A stretch of 64,000 bases of DNA from Selaginella moellendorffii (Eukaryota > Plantae > Lycopodiophyta). The translations under genes were made by a program, and so were the position numbers. The notes below the pieces were generated by a model. It saw nothing but the letters and a program-made list of their open reading frames with translations. It was not told the DNA's origin and ran no database searches. This document shows, one piece after another, positions 63,533-64,000 of the stretch. The DNA is taken from NCBI RefSeq assembly GCF_000143415.4, contig NW_003314262.1, positions 1,353,960 through 1,417,959 of the forward strand, given 5' to 3'. Numbering within the stretch: the first letter of the stretch is position 1; every line of letters starts with the position of its first letter.

Positions 63533-64000
63533 TGTAAATGACTAATTTTTCCATTCTACTTTAGCCATTTAACCACACCTTTAACAACTTAAAGGAGTCT
63601 CACTCATAAACTTCATAAGTCTTATTCTTGACTTGGGGACATGTTAGCCCTATAAATGGCATATATGCCACTCAACTTTTGCATTTGATCCCAGTGATCC
63701 ACATGTCCAATCCCATGACTAACACCCAAACGTACTATTAACATATAAGCCCGTTACGCTAAGGCCATACCCGTTCACTCTTGTTACATTAATAGTCCAA
63801 AACCACCTCCATCACAGTCTTATTTTTCACAGACTAGGCCATCCATCCATGAGTGGTCATCACCTAACCACACCTTAGCACCCTTAGGATGCTTGGAAAC
63901 ATGGAGAATGCCATTCCCCAATGTCTCTTTTCCCATTCCCATCAAGTCCTTCTCCATCTATGGTCATGCTCACCAACTCTGCCACTGGATCAAGGCTCAA
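63533..64000. mobile_element. Copy 4 of the satellite-bearing LTR family (runs off the window)
   Basis: TGTAAATGACTAATTTTTCCATT... colinear with 593 onward, inserted in the host gag zinc knuckle. Confidence 0.88.

Overview
Compact eukaryotic plant genome segment with short (~50-80 nt) introns. It is most consistent with the lycophyte Selaginella (inferred from land-plant genes, a flagellar CFAP57 gene and a bacterial-type GH63 mannosylglycerate hydrolase). Three retroelement islands lie at 1-6.4 kb, 32.7-36.3 kb and 59.4-64 kb. They contain degenerate Ty3/gypsy sequence, four nested copies of a satellite-bearing LTR, and a Cassandra-type TRIM with 5S rRNA-derived LTRs. Between the islands is a very dense gene block: GH63 MgH, PRD1, DEG14, two ADPRM phosphatases, a P450, an orphan ORF plus sHSP, D27-like, a hidden 72-aa basic protein, CFAP57, MBD, At-4/1, ALY/THOC4, LecRK, COPA and a Cys/Met PLP lyase. 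Several pseudogenes eroded by internal micro-deletions are interspersed (ALS3/STAR2, 2OG-oxygenase-like, DEAD-box, HflX), along with two fold-back hairpins and a tRNA-Ser pseudogene. The most unusual signal is a set of same-strand gene pairs separated by only 3-160 nt. Two pairs have predicted splice sites bridging the upstream stop to the downstream start, suggesting dicistronic, operon-like spliced mRNAs. All family assignments come from recalled motifs, not database searches.
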